This document shows, one piece after another, positions 22,983 to 36,300 of a stretch of 64,000 nucleotides of DNA (its first letter is position 1; every line of letters begins with the position of its first letter). Below the pieces are notes generated by a model. The model was not told the DNA's origin. It saw only the letters and a program-made list of their open reading frames with translations, and did not search any database. Source of the stretch: Chara braunii (taxonomy: Eukaryota; Plantae; Charophyceae). Location: positions 8,612,993 through 8,676,992 of the forward strand of contig BFEA01000004.1 of the NCBI GenBank assembly GCA_003427395.1, given 5' to 3'. A program made the translations under genes and the position numbers.

Positions 22983-23079
22983 GTCCTTTGGGACATCCGT
23001 CAAAATTGTAACGATACAGAGAAGATTAGCATGGCCCCTGTGAAAGGATGACAAGCAAAAATAAAAAAATGGTCCAAAT
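22983..23079 (+). pseudogene. U6: U6 snRNA retrocopy, near full length
   Basis: GTCCTTTGGGACATCCG..ACAGAGAAGATTAGCATGGCCCCTG..AATGGTCCAAAT, A-rich tail; TSD GAGTAAAAGA at 22970-22979 and 23099-23108. Confidence 0.92.
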
Positions 23080-23221
23080 GAAAAAGGGGGAAAAAAAGGA
23101 GTAAAAGAGATTCAGAGAAGATGGTGGAAGAAAGAGAACAATGTCTATAAATAGGGTGAGGGAAAGAGCTTAGCGGAGACGGAGGAAAGGAAGCAAGCAT
23201 TTGACAGTTCATGCCACGTAC

Positions 23222-23300
23222 CTCCTTTTCTGTCCGAAGATGCTTAATGGTTTCCTCTTTTGCAGCTACTTGGAGGTGTTTCTGAGTCAAGGTTCCATGT
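23222..23300 (-). CDS. Host gene exon (HGTLTQKHLQVAAKEETIKHLRTEKE)
   Basis: ag acceptor, GAG|gtacgt donor, open coiled-coil-like frame. Confidence 0.5.
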
Positions 23301-24064
23301 CTTGAGGCAACGAATAGATGAGATAGTAAGAAACAAGAGAAGAAGAGTCGAAAGAAAGAGTACCGTGACAAATCTGGCTAGATAAAGAGCTGTAGAAGAG
23401 AGGGCGCGAAGGGAGGGTAAGAAGCTTTTGGCTGTCGAAACAATAACAAAGCAAAGCAAATGTCAAAGAGCGACAAAAACAGATATATGCACTCAACAAT
23501 TACACAACTATGGAAAATAACTAAAGAACCAACTGTTAGACGCAGGGGAGCCCATATAGTACCCAAAATAACTGAAAAAAAACTTTTCAAAAATCAAATC
23601 CCGGACCACAAGGACCTGTTCTTTTCTTTTTCTTCTCGAGTTTAAAATTTAAATTAATGAATTAATAAATAAAACCTATGTTTGCATGTCTTGTTGAGTT
23701 TCTTAGTTTACGTGCTCAACTTTCTTGCCTTCTTGAGCGAATATCGTGTATTGGTACTATTGCATGGTCAGAATACGTTGTGCCTTCAATCACTATCCCT
23801 TAGATTGAGGCTGTCATCTGAGGTTACCATTTTCCCAGCATCACCTACACCTCCTGCCAACAATTGGTGAAATGGGATGGGGAATAGTAAGCAGAATGAC
23901 TGCAGCCACATTCCATACGAAGGGAGCAGAAGGGTATGCTTGTGCTGCAACTTACCTGCGGAATGGAAACCCTACAACTCCCCAGAATAAAACGGAACCT
24001 TGGCCATAAGGCCAAACCCATTGAAGGAAAAACAGACAAGTAGACAGGCATACACACACACACA

Positions 24065-24068
<4 letters not shown>

Positions 24069-24113
<45 letters not shown>

Positions 24114-25106
24114 NNNNNNNNNNNNNNNNNNNNNNNNNNNNNNNNNNNNNNNNNNNNNNNNNNNNNNNNNNNNNNNNNNNNNNNNNNNNNNNNNNNNNNN
24201 NNNNNNNNNNNNNNNNNNNNNNNNNNNNNNNNNNNNNNNNNNNNNNNNNNNNNNNNNNNNNNNNNNNNNNNNNNNNNNNNNNNNNNNNNNNNNNNNNNNN
24301 NNNNNNNNNNNNNNNNNNNNNNNNNNNNNNNNNNNNNNNNNNNNNNNNNNNNNNNNNNNNNNNNNNNNNNNNNNNNNNNNNNNNNNNNNNNNNNNNNNNN
24401 NNNNNNNNNNNNNNNNNNNNNNNNNNNNNNNNNNNNNNNNNNNNNNNNNNNNNNNNNNNNNNNNNNNNNNNNNNNNNNNNNNNNNNNNNNNNNNNNNNNN
24501 NNNNNNNNNNNNNNNNNNNNNNNNNNNNNNNNNNNNNNNNNNNNNNNNNNNNNNNNNNNNNNNNNNNNNNNNNNNNNNNNNNNNNNNNNNNNNNNNNNNN
24601 NNNNNNNNNNNNNNNNNNNNNNNNNNNNNNNNNNNNNNNNNNNNNNNNNNNNNNNNNNNNNNNNNNNNNNNNNNNNNNNNNNNNNNNNNNNNNNNNNNNN
24701 NNNNNNNNNNNNNNNNNNNNNNNNNNNNNNNNNNNNNNNNNNNNNNNNNNNNNNNNNNNNNNNNNNNNNNNNNNNNNNNNNNNNNNNNNNNNNNNNNNNN
24801 NNNNNNNNNNNNNNNNNNNNNNNNNNNNNNNNNNNNNNNNNNNNNNNNNNNNNNNNNNNNNNNNNNNNNNNNNNNNNNNNNNNNNNNNNNNNNNNNNNNN
24901 NNNNNNNNNNNNNNNNNNNNNNNNNNNNNNNNNNNNNNNNNNNNNNNNNNNNNNNNNNNNNNNNNNNNNNNNNNNNNNNNNNNNNNNNNNNNNNNNNNNN
25001 NNNNNNNNNNNNNNNNNNNNNNNNNNNNNNNNNNNNNNNNNNNNNNNNNNNNNNNNNNNNNNNNNNNNNNNNNNNNNNNNNNNNNNNNNNNNNNNNNNNN
25101 NNNNNN

Positions 25107-25174
<68 letters not shown>
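24069..25174. repeat. (GA)n microsatellite spanning an assembly gap
   Basis: GA repeats on both sides of an N run at 24114-25106. Confidence 0.95.
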
Positions 25175-25176
<2 letters not shown>

Positions 25177-25359
25177 TTGAAGAAGACAACTAATCTGCAA
25201 GGCGGAAAGGACCCAAAGCACAGGCCATGGATGAGGTTGACCCAAAGGAGGGAAAGGGAGGGGCTAGGAGGGAAAGGAGACAGGAGCAGATAGGCCGGTA
25301 GGTATATAGGATGGAAATGGAAAGAAAAACGCTCGTAGGATCCTCTTGCTAATCAAAAA

Positions 25360-25505
25360 AGTGGATATGGCAGCGGCTGCAGCAGCTTCATCCTTATCAG
25401 CCTGCAGAGCTATGATGGTTGCTTCCAGCTCAGATATCCTGACATCTTTTCCAGCCATTGTGTGCATCAAACTCCTGATCTCCTTCTCTTGTTTCTGTGC
25501 TTTGC
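25360..25505 (-). CDS. Host gene exon (KAQKQEKEIRSLMHTMAGKDVRISELEATIIALQADKDEA...), 3' end unresolved
   Basis: ttaacgcag acceptor; phase-1 start fits the exon at 52592-52648; no donor found. Confidence 0.55.
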
Positions 25506-25639
25506 CTGCGTTAAGTCAAACGTAATGTATACACCAAACGTGCTTAGTGATTCCCTGAACATCTGAAACAGACCTACCCTTGCAAAGGTATCACTCCTTA
25601 TCCTGTTTGCCGGTTAGGACTCCCCTTTTTCATAAATCT

Positions 25640-25749
25640 TCCCCTATTTTCCAGTTGTGCTAACACAGGACAAAACAGCAGGCAGGGTACACAGGATGGA
25701 ACAGCAGGCAGAAAAAGGAGTTTGCATAAAAGTAAAACAGAGAAAGATT
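25640..25749 (+). mobile_element. Old host LINE ORF2, left piece (continues at 39273)
   Basis: PLF and EKGV motifs as in the other LINEs; joins 39273 in frame: KSKTEKD|LRAALKESHNLQTNL. Confidence 0.7.
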
Positions 25750-28455
25750 CTAAGGTAGCAAGGAGACAGGTTATTCAGACAAAGGATCAGGGGGGTTTGG
25801 GCATCCTCGACCCGGGACAGCAGATCAAAGCACTCCAATCTAAATGGGTTATCAAATTGCTCACACAACCCCATCTCCGCTGGGTTCCATTGGTTTTGGA
25901 CAATATACGAGGGATGGCTAAGTATAAAACTCCGCCTAATATGGAAGGAATGTTCTGTTTTTTTTGTAAAGGATGGGCCAAAAGGGGAAGAGAAGGAATA
26001 CAGCGGGGGGAGGATGAGTCGACCAGGAGTTCGTATTGGGCCCAAATACTTAAGATATGGACAGATATATTCCCGGCAAGAGTAAGACATTAAGGACGAA
26101 GGAGGAAGTGCCTTGGCAACCGCTATTTTGTAATCCATGGTTGAAGGACCCCCAAGGAAAACCAAGGACACTCACAGCAAAGGATGCCAAGTGGGGAAAC
26201 TGGTTGGAACATGGAATATGGCAAGTGAAACATCTATGGTCAGAATCGAATGGAAGATGGAAAACGGGTAGAGAGCTGAGGGAAGAAATGAAGAGGTGTC
26301 ATAGACTAATTGAAAACCTGAATGACATATTAATCTCCATTCCGGAGGATTGGACGAGGATGTTGAGGGGTCCATACAAATGGGGATGGGATGATTGGGC
26401 AACTTGGAGTCATAGTGTAGAACCTCAGCAAGCCTTTTGAATTGGTCAGGAGGTAGGACCAGATAAACAGTGGTTGGAAGCGGATATGTATTCAATCTTT
26501 ACCCCAGGCACCACAGTGAGTCACTTAGATAAGGACTCAAGGGTACCGATCACCATCAGGAAGGATCTCTTGAGAAAAGTCATAGAGAATGACGAATTCA
26601 CAATATATGCTCCAACGATCACCATTCAGAATCTAGAGGTGGATCCAGTTGAATGGGCATGGAACATCAAGGGAAGCTCGTCACGAGCGGTCAAGAAAAT
26701 TAACATACTTCAGTATACGGCTAAATGGGGATATCGGCTTAGAAGAAAGTCGAACCACTTGGATAGGCCTTTGGCGATAAGATGGGAAAAAAGGGTGGGC
26801 ATACCAAGACAACAGGTAGGCAAAATACCATGGTCAAGCCTCCATGGTATCAGGTTGGGCAAGATCCGGAGTATGCAGTGGCTTATATTCCATGTGGCAC
26901 TTCCAGTCAACGTCTGGTTATATGAAAAAAGGAGTAGGCAGCATAGGGAAGAAATACAACAAGACTGTACTATGTGCACTGACAAAGAGCCTGAAGCGCT
27001 GGTACATTGCTTACTTAGATGTACGGAAGCAGAATACATATGGGCCATGGCCGGTATACTTTGGGAGCGTACTACGAACGTTCTCTTTCCAAGTAACAGA
27101 AGGCTCTTGCTTATGGGAAGGGAAGTACCTAAGAGATGGAAGGAGAGTGAAAAATACATCTTTCAGCTATTGAGACAGTATACATTGTGGATTATCTGGA
27201 AACGGAGATGTCAACGGGTGAAGTGAAAAATACATCTTTCAGCTATTGAGACAGTATACATTGTGGATTATCTGAAAACGGAGATGTCAACGGGTGATTA
27301 GCAAAAGTCTGATGACCAGGATGGAAGCCAGAACCATACTCTATAATCTATTGGAAGCAGACATTAGGGCTCAATGGCAGAGGATCAAAATACAAGCAGC
27401 AGTAAACCCTGAAAAGGCGAAGGCCATTCTCACGAAATTTCAGAATAAGGTATTGGCCAGTGGCAAAGCTGCGACCATAGAGGGACAGAGACTGATTTTT
27501 CATTGGTTTACGGAGGACAGATCAGAGGTGTCCTTGGGGGTCCAAGGAATGAAACAGGAAATAGGACTACCATAGGGATAGGAAATGGGAGAGAAAGTGG
27601 AGGTCAGTGGATTGATGTTTAATAAAAGCTATAGTTAAGGGTTTAGGGTTTAGGGTTTGGATAGACTTACACAGACAGGGTTTGGAATGGTAATGTTTTT
27701 CAGGAGGATTTCATGAGAGACACACAGATTATGCTCTTACAGCTTTAAAAAAAAAAAAAAAAACTCTGTTCAAATTACCCGGAAGAGACTTGATACGGAT
27801 TGGTTACCAAATGGCAAGGAGGCAGGGTTGGACAAGTCCGAGTGATCAGGAGGGATTGGTACAACACAGAAACAAGCAAGGATTTCAACAACGCGCAAGG
27901 AGACCTGATTTGAGAAACGGATCCTGGAAACAGGAGATGTTGGGCAAAGCACCTCCGGATCAGAACTCTAAAGAGAAAGCTTCGGACTCATACCACCACA
28001 TTCGGGGAGATACAGTCGGGGTCTGGAGCTACGCCAATGGAAGGCGAGAGCAAGGGAGGAGAGTTTAAAAAAAAATAATACTTCCAAGTGAGGGGCAGGG
28101 TTTAGGGTTTAGGGTTTAGTAGACCTCAAAAGAAGGGAGAAGGCTTAATGGGTTAGGGGATGCAGCGACTTACGGGCAGGGCCGATGAGGGGGAGAGCAC
28201 AGGCATATAGAAATAATGGGCGAGCTTTTTCTAGATGACATAGCACTATCTGGCAGAGCTGTTTTTTTCAGGTCTGAGAGGAAAGAGGGAGTCAAGGCAA
28301 GCTGACAGTCAATCCTTCACCGTTGGTGGGGCAATCAATGCTGTTCAGGGGTCCTCCGGCCAAACGGGACGAAGCGTGAGTTTTGATGCTCCCCAGAATA
28401 GAAGGAGCCAGGACCATAAGGCCCTGCATTTATTTAAAAAAAAAAAAAAAAAAAA
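25750..28455 (+). mobile_element. 5'-truncated LINE (ORF2 C-terminus, 3' UTR, tail, poly-A); may be two fused pieces
   Basis: GGLGILDP..ALQSKW, QPLFCNP, CTMC..EALVHCLLRC; internal A-run at 27747-27763; conserved tail and poly-A 28436-28455. Confidence 0.9.
27146..27297. repeat. 76-bp tandem duplication that breaks LINE ORF2
   Basis: AGTGAAAAATACATC...CAACGGGTGA twice. Confidence 0.92.
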
Positions 28456-30419
28456 CAGAGAAAGATTGAAAAACCAAGTTTCGCGTGAGCACCGTACCAC
28501 AGCGCTAATTCGCGCCTCCGCGCCGGCGCGGGTTTCCCTACTCACGGGAACCGTCGCGCGCGCAGTTGCGCGCATCTCCACCTCGGCGAAGTCGCAAGGA
28601 AGGCAAGGAGCGAAGGAGAGTGTGCGAAGCCACTTTGCGCCACGCCTCCGGGTGTGGCCCAACCTAGGGTCGGAAAGGGACAGACAAAGACAAAAGAGAG
28701 AAGAAAGGGGAGAGGAGAGGAAGAAGAAGCAACGACCCACCAGAGAAAAAGGGAAACGGGGATAAATAGGAAAAGACAAAGAGTCTGAGGAAGGGAAAGG
28801 AAGGAGAGGCGAGAGAACCGTACCGAACGAAGGGGAGCAGATCGTACATACAAGGCAAGCACACAATCATAATGAGTGGACAGAAGGAACAGAACAACAA
28901 TCCATTTCTCCATCATTACGATCGACAAGGAGTGAGTGTTTTGGCGGCTTTCTAAGGTGAGATAGTACACCCCTTCCCCCGACCCATCGCGTCCATGAGC
29001 CAACGGAGGACAAGCGAAGTCGAGAAGAGGAGACAACTTGAGGCGCCCGAAAAGAGAGGAAAAGCAACCACGAGGCACAAACACGGCTGATTGCTAACAT
29101 AGGAGGAAACCTATTCGGGAAACAGTCACGACGGTTTTGATACATAGAGCTAACATAGAAAGGAAAGATGCACGAGAAACACCAAGGAGGGATAGGCACA
29201 AAAGAGGCATGAGGGCTGCGGTAGAAGAAGATCGATCAACACGATTTTGAACAGGCTTCGGACAAAGTCTGGTCTCACAACACCAGCGAATGTAGCCTTA
29301 TTGTCTACTTGAAAATAGCAACTGACCTCCCGCACCAAAAAGGATAGGAGAAAATAGCGCCAACGCCCAGAAGAAACCAACCGAGAGGAAATCTACTCCC
29401 GCTCACCCATAGCCCATACCAAAGAATGATAACTTAGTCTCTCCACGCCCGATTCTTCACCCACACACATCTCCTCACTGAAATCCAAAAGTAGGTGAGC
29501 ACCTCACAAGCACCAGCGACAACAACACACACCTAAAAGCCTAGCCAACCCCCAAAAGCATCTAACGCCCAACACCCCCACCAACCCCGCAAACCCCGCG
29601 TCACAACCGACTGGTGAATACCAAACCCCCTCACTACCTACCCACCGTTCCCCTCTCACTCTCGCCCGATCTTCGCACCCGCGACACCGCCCATTTAACG
29701 GATCCCAAACACCACAGATCAAGAACGAAGAGGAAACAGGAGAAGACACCCACGAAACGAAATAGCAAACAATTCATTAACAAAGGAATATTCTTTCAGA
29801 CAATTTGTACACATTCCCCAACTGTGAATAAAAATTGAGCTTTTGTTAAAACTGATTACTTATTTAATTTAAGGATTATTGTCGCTAACAATCAATTATT
29901 CACTATTGATAAATTGGTGTATGCATTCTTTAACCAAGTTTAAGACTTTTCATAATAGTATTTTGATCCTTACTCCCCTAGCAAGAACATGTTTCGTAGC
30001 TGTTCCATAACCGTCTTCCCATAGAGTCCTCGCTGCCCGTCGATCATCCCTGAAGCTTGGTTTGCCGCTTTCTCTGTTTTCCTGCACAGATCTCTACGAA
30101 TCGCTACATTCACCGCCTGAGCCAAAACCGAAATCCCCGGATGGGAAGGCGAAACGCTGCCAATTTTTTTCGATCTTGAGATCAGACTCCTCTAAGCATT
30201 GAGAAGGAACGAGAGAACCTCGTGACCGAGGCGTGGTCCCAAGTATCGCCCCAGCACCCATTACTTAATCTTGATCAGTAGGAACAGGCTCCAAGAAGAC
30301 ACAGGATCCCCTCTTGTCTCATACATTCATTGATTAGCACAAAGGAACTAGACCCACGACAGTCCGCTGCCCAGCATATATCACACGAGTTCGCCCCTAT
30401 TTCACACCAGGGAGCAGCC

Positions 30420-33151
30420 ATGGTGGGCACCTATCTCCAAGCGGCTCGCAGAGCATTAGAAAAACAGAACAGAGCCCGAAACATCTCCATAAGCAGCACC
30501 AGCTAATTCGCAGGGCACAGACAATCCTTCACAAGCATCATCCGAAGGAACCCAAAAGTCAGTCTCTGCTCCAAAAACGCTGGGACAAAGAGCAATAAAT
30601 TTTTTGATGAACCGAACAGAAATAAAATCAGAAATAGTCAAAACAAAGGAGACAATCAAGGACTCAAATGGAAAAGAAATGGAAGTGGAAATCTGGGAAT
30701 ATCCAGAACAACAACTAAAGTCTCTCAATTATTTGTATGAGAAACATGTTGTGCTCTTCAACTTCACCAACAAGAACCGTGACCTACCCCTGAACGCGAA
30801 AAGGAAATGGGTCGTAAATAGACTAAGGGAATTAAAGAGCGTCCCAGGAACCGAACCTGATGTGTCCTATCACAGACGGGCCAAATTCACCATCATGGTG
30901 TTGTGTGTGGATCCAACCTACACACAATTTCTCATCTCATTGAGCTCCCTGAAGTGCAAAGGATCAGTGGTCACAATCCAGGCCTGGAAGCCACCCAGAG
31001 AGCCCCAAGCAGAGGCCTCAAGGCATCGCCAAACGATGCTAAGGAATCACTTATGGGTCCAATTTGAAAACTTATCGGAAGGACTGCACAATTTTGTCCA
31101 AAAGCGGCTGCAAGAAGAGTACTCGAATAACCCAATCATAGACTGGTTGCCAGCCAACCCCAACTTCATGGTTCCCAATCATGACGCAAGAGTGGCATGC
31201 CTGGAGGTCTCAACAGGCACGCCACCAAAATTCCCTGATGTCTGGATTTTCAGGAAAAAGGGTCAGAAACTCAACGTCTTCATTTCCACGAAAGCAACCC
31301 CTATTGTTTCAAATGCAAAAACAAGGGACATTTGGGGGTACATTGCCAACAGGCAGGAGATTCAGGGAAGAAATTACACTCAAACAGTCCATGCTGGTCG
31401 AGTGCAACACAAAACCAGGAATCCGGTACATCAACGATGCCCAATACAGGGGCTGGATCTTCGACGATAACCTGGAAAATCCCAAATGGATCTGGGTTCT
31501 GCAAGGGGAACCAAAGCTCAAGCCTGATATCTACCCACCCTACGACAGCAGATGGAGAATGGTAGGGCCGAAAAGAATGGAGGACAAATCAACAGGATTC
31601 ATAACGGAGCAAGTCATCAGCGAAACAGGTCTATTGGACAAGAAACAAAGATTGAAGACAATGAATGAACTCTATGCGATCGGGCAAAACGCAGAAAAGA
31701 CCTACCTGGAAAGCCAAAGGGCCTGAGCTGTTCCCGAAAGGGGACAATCCTCGACTTGCTCAACACCCAAATCTCTTCCTGCCAATCAAAGAGGTAACGA
31801 TAGCCTGCAGATAGACAGATCTCTCGAAGGAAAATCAGACGAAACTAAGAACGGAACAACATCATCTGCGTCAGTCAAAGAGAGACACAAATCAGTAGGA
31901 CTGGCAAATGCACTAAGTGACGATATGGAAATGGACGACTGTAAACACAACAAGCAAGACAACGACAACCAGGAGGGAACGAAACATGCAACTAGCGGAA
32001 CAGGCGCAACGGAAATGGAGGAAGACAACACCCAACAAAACAGCAAGGAGGAAGACATGGAGGATTCAGGAAACAACACAGACGACGGAAGTCAGAAAAC
32101 CGACCCGAGTGGTAGCGGAAAGAGAATTAGATCAGAAAAGAGTTCAAACAGTTCAACAGCGAACCAACAGGACTCAAGCAAAGAAGAATCGAGGGAGAAC
32201 TGAGACGAAGAGGAGTCCGGGGATGAATCAGATGATGATGATGAGGACGTGGATGAGCAAGAGGGCGAAGATGACTCAGACTCTTATGACTACGTGCGAC
32301 AATATGTCCGCTCTCTAAAATTGGAAAGGGAAGTGGAGCTAGAAGTAAGATTAGCCCACCACAAACACCTACGTAACCTCCGAGCTGCAACCAAGGCTGA
32401 AGATACCATAAGCCTGGAAAACAAATTTGAGGTACTAAAAAAAGAGAGAGAGCTGAATGAATTTTACGCTGCACGTTATGCCATGAAAACGAGGGTAGAC
32501 AATAACAAAATCCATGTGGATCAGAGGAAATACAAACGGCACTTCACCTGGCCCAAATCATATGCTGACCAAAGAACACAAGGGACGTCCAAAAAACACA
32601 GGACAGCAGGAGTTCATAACATAACCAAAGAAAGTGTTCAGGACTTGGCCTCCTCAACAATGAAAGAAGAGTCTGATGAGCACCTTAGAAAGCAAGCAGC
32701 CATCCTCGAGGCACAAGTGAACGTCCTGAGGGACCAAAACAGGGAACTGGGCGACAACTGTCTCACCCTCGAGGATGTGGCAACAGGAGAACACAAGGAA
32801 ATAGAAGCAGCAGCCAGACTCGATGCACGCAGCAACCCCAGCAGAAAAACAGTAATCCCATATCGTTGAAACAATGACTTTGAGACATGGGAGATCGCAA
32901 ACCACAAATCCAATTCAATGATTTCAGTTGTGGGCCAAGATTGATCACAGAACTCCCTGAGGCAGTTGATATCGGACAACGTCCCAACAACAATCCAGAT
33001 TTTGGGCTTCAAGAGGGCAAGCACAGAAGAATGGACGGATAAAGACAACGAAAAACAGGTAGCTCATTTGAGATCGCTGGTCTTGGAATTAGAAGAATCA
33101 GCGATCCTCAAGGGAGACCCTTGCTGGGTCCCGTGGCAGGCTGTAGAATGA
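30420..33151 (+). pseudogene. LINE ORF1 (CCHC knuckle, acidic region, coiled coil), frameshifted
   Basis: CFKCKNKGHLGVHC at 31305-31346; ORF pieces 30604-31470, 31181-31726, 32249-32869. Confidence 0.75.
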
Positions 33152-33385
33152 ATGCCCTATGGCCTACTGGGAGGACAAATAACAGCAGAGAGAGTAGCAC
33201 TGAGCAGCGCACTCGTCACATTCTTGGCACTCTTCACACGACACCAAGGCAGCTAGGAGTGAAGATGATGGGGGCCATCTCACACAAGAAGGTCATTGAG
33301 GGAGAGAGGGCAATCCTAGTGCCAACAGGCTCCTAGAGGACCGACTAACCCAGTAGCTCACGAGGGGCCGAACTGAGCTAAAACG

Positions 33386-36300
33386 ATGGGGGATTTGGGA
33401 GTACGAATTGATGCCCCCCCAAAACAAAGGAAATTCGGACCCCGCAAGCCTAAACTGGACCTCAAAATCATCTCATGGAATGTCAATGGCATACCCTCTC
33501 TCTTAACAAATCAGAAGAAATGGGACAATTTTGCTCACGATCTAAACTGGTATGGAAGAAACCAACCAGACATTCTCTGTATCCAAGAAACACACCCAAC
33601 AAACTCCGACGAACACCAAAGAATCCAAGAACAATTTACAAAGAAATTGAAATGGGTAAAAGAAGCAATCTGGGCCCATACCCCTCGCCCCAGCTCAGCA
33701 GGTGTAGCCATCCTAACACATGCCAACTCCAAAGATGCAAATAAAATTCAGAAAGGAAGCTCAGACCGAGACTCAGAGGAAGGAAGATGGGCGTGGACAG
33801 ACATAGAAATTTACGAAGAAAGGTTCAGAATCATGTTCATATACAACCCAAACGAGTTGAGCTCAAGAACCAGATTCACAAAAAAACTGCTACAGAGGTG
33901 TGGTATGGATGAACAACTTATCATGGCAAGGGATTGGAATGCCACTCTTGACCCAAGTAAGGACCGGTTCTATGGTGGTTCCTCAAGATCAGAACAGACG
34001 TCATGGAGCGAAGCCCTACCTATCCACGAGCTGATGACAGGAAAAGACCTTTACACTCTCCTACAGAGTTCTATATCCAGACACCAAGGAAGTCTCCTAT
34101 TTGAAACGGAACAGAAGCGGACACATCTCCACATCTCGCATAGACTACTTCCTGGTATCAAGCACACTCATAGGTGCAGTACACATAGAGAAATAGGAAC
34201 CCTACCACGTTACACAAGTCTAGACCACAAACCTATCATCTTATCGCTCAAATTAGGAACAACCCCATCCAAAGGATGCATTTTTTTCAAAATCAACAAT
34301 TCCTTGCTAGACACACCGGAGATGAGAGAAGCAGTCCTCTCAGTTTGTCTCAATCATGACTACACTAACCATAACTTCACAAATCTAGTAGCAGCGCTAA
34401 AAGACTCAACAACGAAAGCATCCAGAATAATAGCTTCTCGTGAAAAAACAGAGAAGAACTTAAACAAGCAATGAGAACAACCGAAAAAAACCTTCTTAGC
34501 CACCCAGGAAGCCCCCTCTACGAGAGGGTATTCGAAGAAGCCAAACAAGGATTGGCAGAATGGGAAGTATGGAGAAACAAAGGCCTGAGGATGAGAGCAA
34601 GGGTGAAATAGTGGAAAGAAGGGGAGAAAATTAACAAATTCTTTTTTTCGCAAAATTAAAACAAACGCCAGAAACGCCAGCATAGATAAATTGCAAACAG
34701 ACCAAGGTCTAACTTCCAACCCACAACAAATGCTATCCGCTGCAGCAACCTTCTTCCAAACCCTCTACACCTCTAAGGAACACAACTTTTCAAGGCAAGA
34801 GACCTCACAAGCTAGAACCAAGTTCCTATCCTACCTAGACAAAACGATCACAATAAAACAGGCCTCAGCATTGGACGCACCTATCTCGGAGCAAGAAGTC
34901 GTACAAGCACTGAAATTAATGAAACCCAACAAAACCCCAGGGAGAGACGGCTTCTCCAAAGAGTTTTGGGTTGCCTATTGGCCTGCACTAGGCACATAAT
35001 ACTTTCAATTCCTAGAGGCGGCGTGGAACAATGGTTCCCTAGGAATCTCACATAGTACGAGGATAGTCTCTCTCTTATACAAGAAAGGCGACCCAACAAA
35101 TATTAGAAATTACAGACCAATTTCCTTACTACCGGTAACATACAAGATATTAGCCAAACTGTTAGCGAACAGAATAAGAACAATAACTAGGAACTGCTTT
35201 CACCTAAGACCAAACAGTCTTCATCCCAGGTAGATTCATTCTAGACAATGTAATGACTCTAAATGAATCAGTCTGATACATCCAGGACAAAAGAATGAAC
35301 GCAGCCATCCTATTCTTTGACTTTGAAAAGGCGTACAACCAGGTCAACTGGAATTTCTCTGAATTTCCTACAGCAGAGTATGGAAAAATGGGAGTAGGAC
35401 CAAACTTCAAAAAATGGGTACAAATCCTTTACTCAAAAGCCCACGGAAGTGTGCAAGTCAATGACCATCTGTCGCAACCATACCGTACGTCCAGATCAGT
35501 AAGACAGGGAGACCCACTAGCAGCCCCAATTTTCCTCTTCATTATGGAAGCCATAGCCTCCTTCTTAAGGAACATCAATCGAAAGACTAATGGAGGACAG
35601 ACAACATCCAATCACCCTACCAACAACCATCCTATTCGCAGATGACCTGACAGTCCTTATAAGAGCATCGAAGTCCGCATTCTAAGCACTCACTAGAGCC
35701 ATGCATGCGTTTCAAATCGCGTCAGAAATGAAAATTAACTGGCCAAAAACAATGGGCTGGTGGTTTATAGATCCTCAAATTGAGCCGCCTCAAAGCACAC
35801 CGAAAGGAATGACATGGTCACAAGGCAATGAACCGCTAAGATTTCTAGGAATCTAAGTATCTAGGAAAGGCTCTAATCAGGCGATGGCCCCAACATTATT
35901 GAGTAAAATGACATCCAAAATGGGCAATTGGTCAAAGACATATACTTCAATCTTCGACAGGGCATTGATACTGAATGCCTCTATTTTTTCAATGCTGTGG
36001 TATACAGCAACCATTTGGAGTCCACCGAAACACCTCAAAGCTCAATTGAGAAGAAAAGCAGCAGCCTATCTCTGGACAGCCTATCTCCAAAGTGGCATGG
36101 AAGCACGTAACACAGAAGAAGACAAAAGGCGGTCTGGGAATACTTGACCTGGAACTATAGATAAAGGCTCTGCTATCGAAATGGATCATCAAAGTATTAA
36201 CCAATGAGAACCTCTCATGGAGAGACTTAGGGCTAAGAAGGATACAAGAGCTAGTAAAATACAAAACCCCGAAAAACATGCGAGGCCTTTTCTGGCTAAT

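Noticed and set aside
23956-23971. 16-nt micro-exon of the host gene (tag|...CAG|gtaagt, minus strand)
   Set aside because: Good donor, but its phase does not fit the next candidate exon; cannot be supported without transcripts.
23845-25245. Long ORFs of 397-466 aa
   Set aside because: Artefacts of (GA)n repeats and an N gap; the same applies to the ORFs at 41353-42084.
28511-28552. HDV-like ribozyme at the LINE 5' end (GCC-TCCGCGCC-GGC resembles P3/L3)
   Set aside because: No matching P1 partner or P1.1 GG could be found; two simple GC hairpins explain it.
30235-30243. Twister-like GGTCCCAAG
   Set aside because: The surrounding conserved twister elements and stems are missing.
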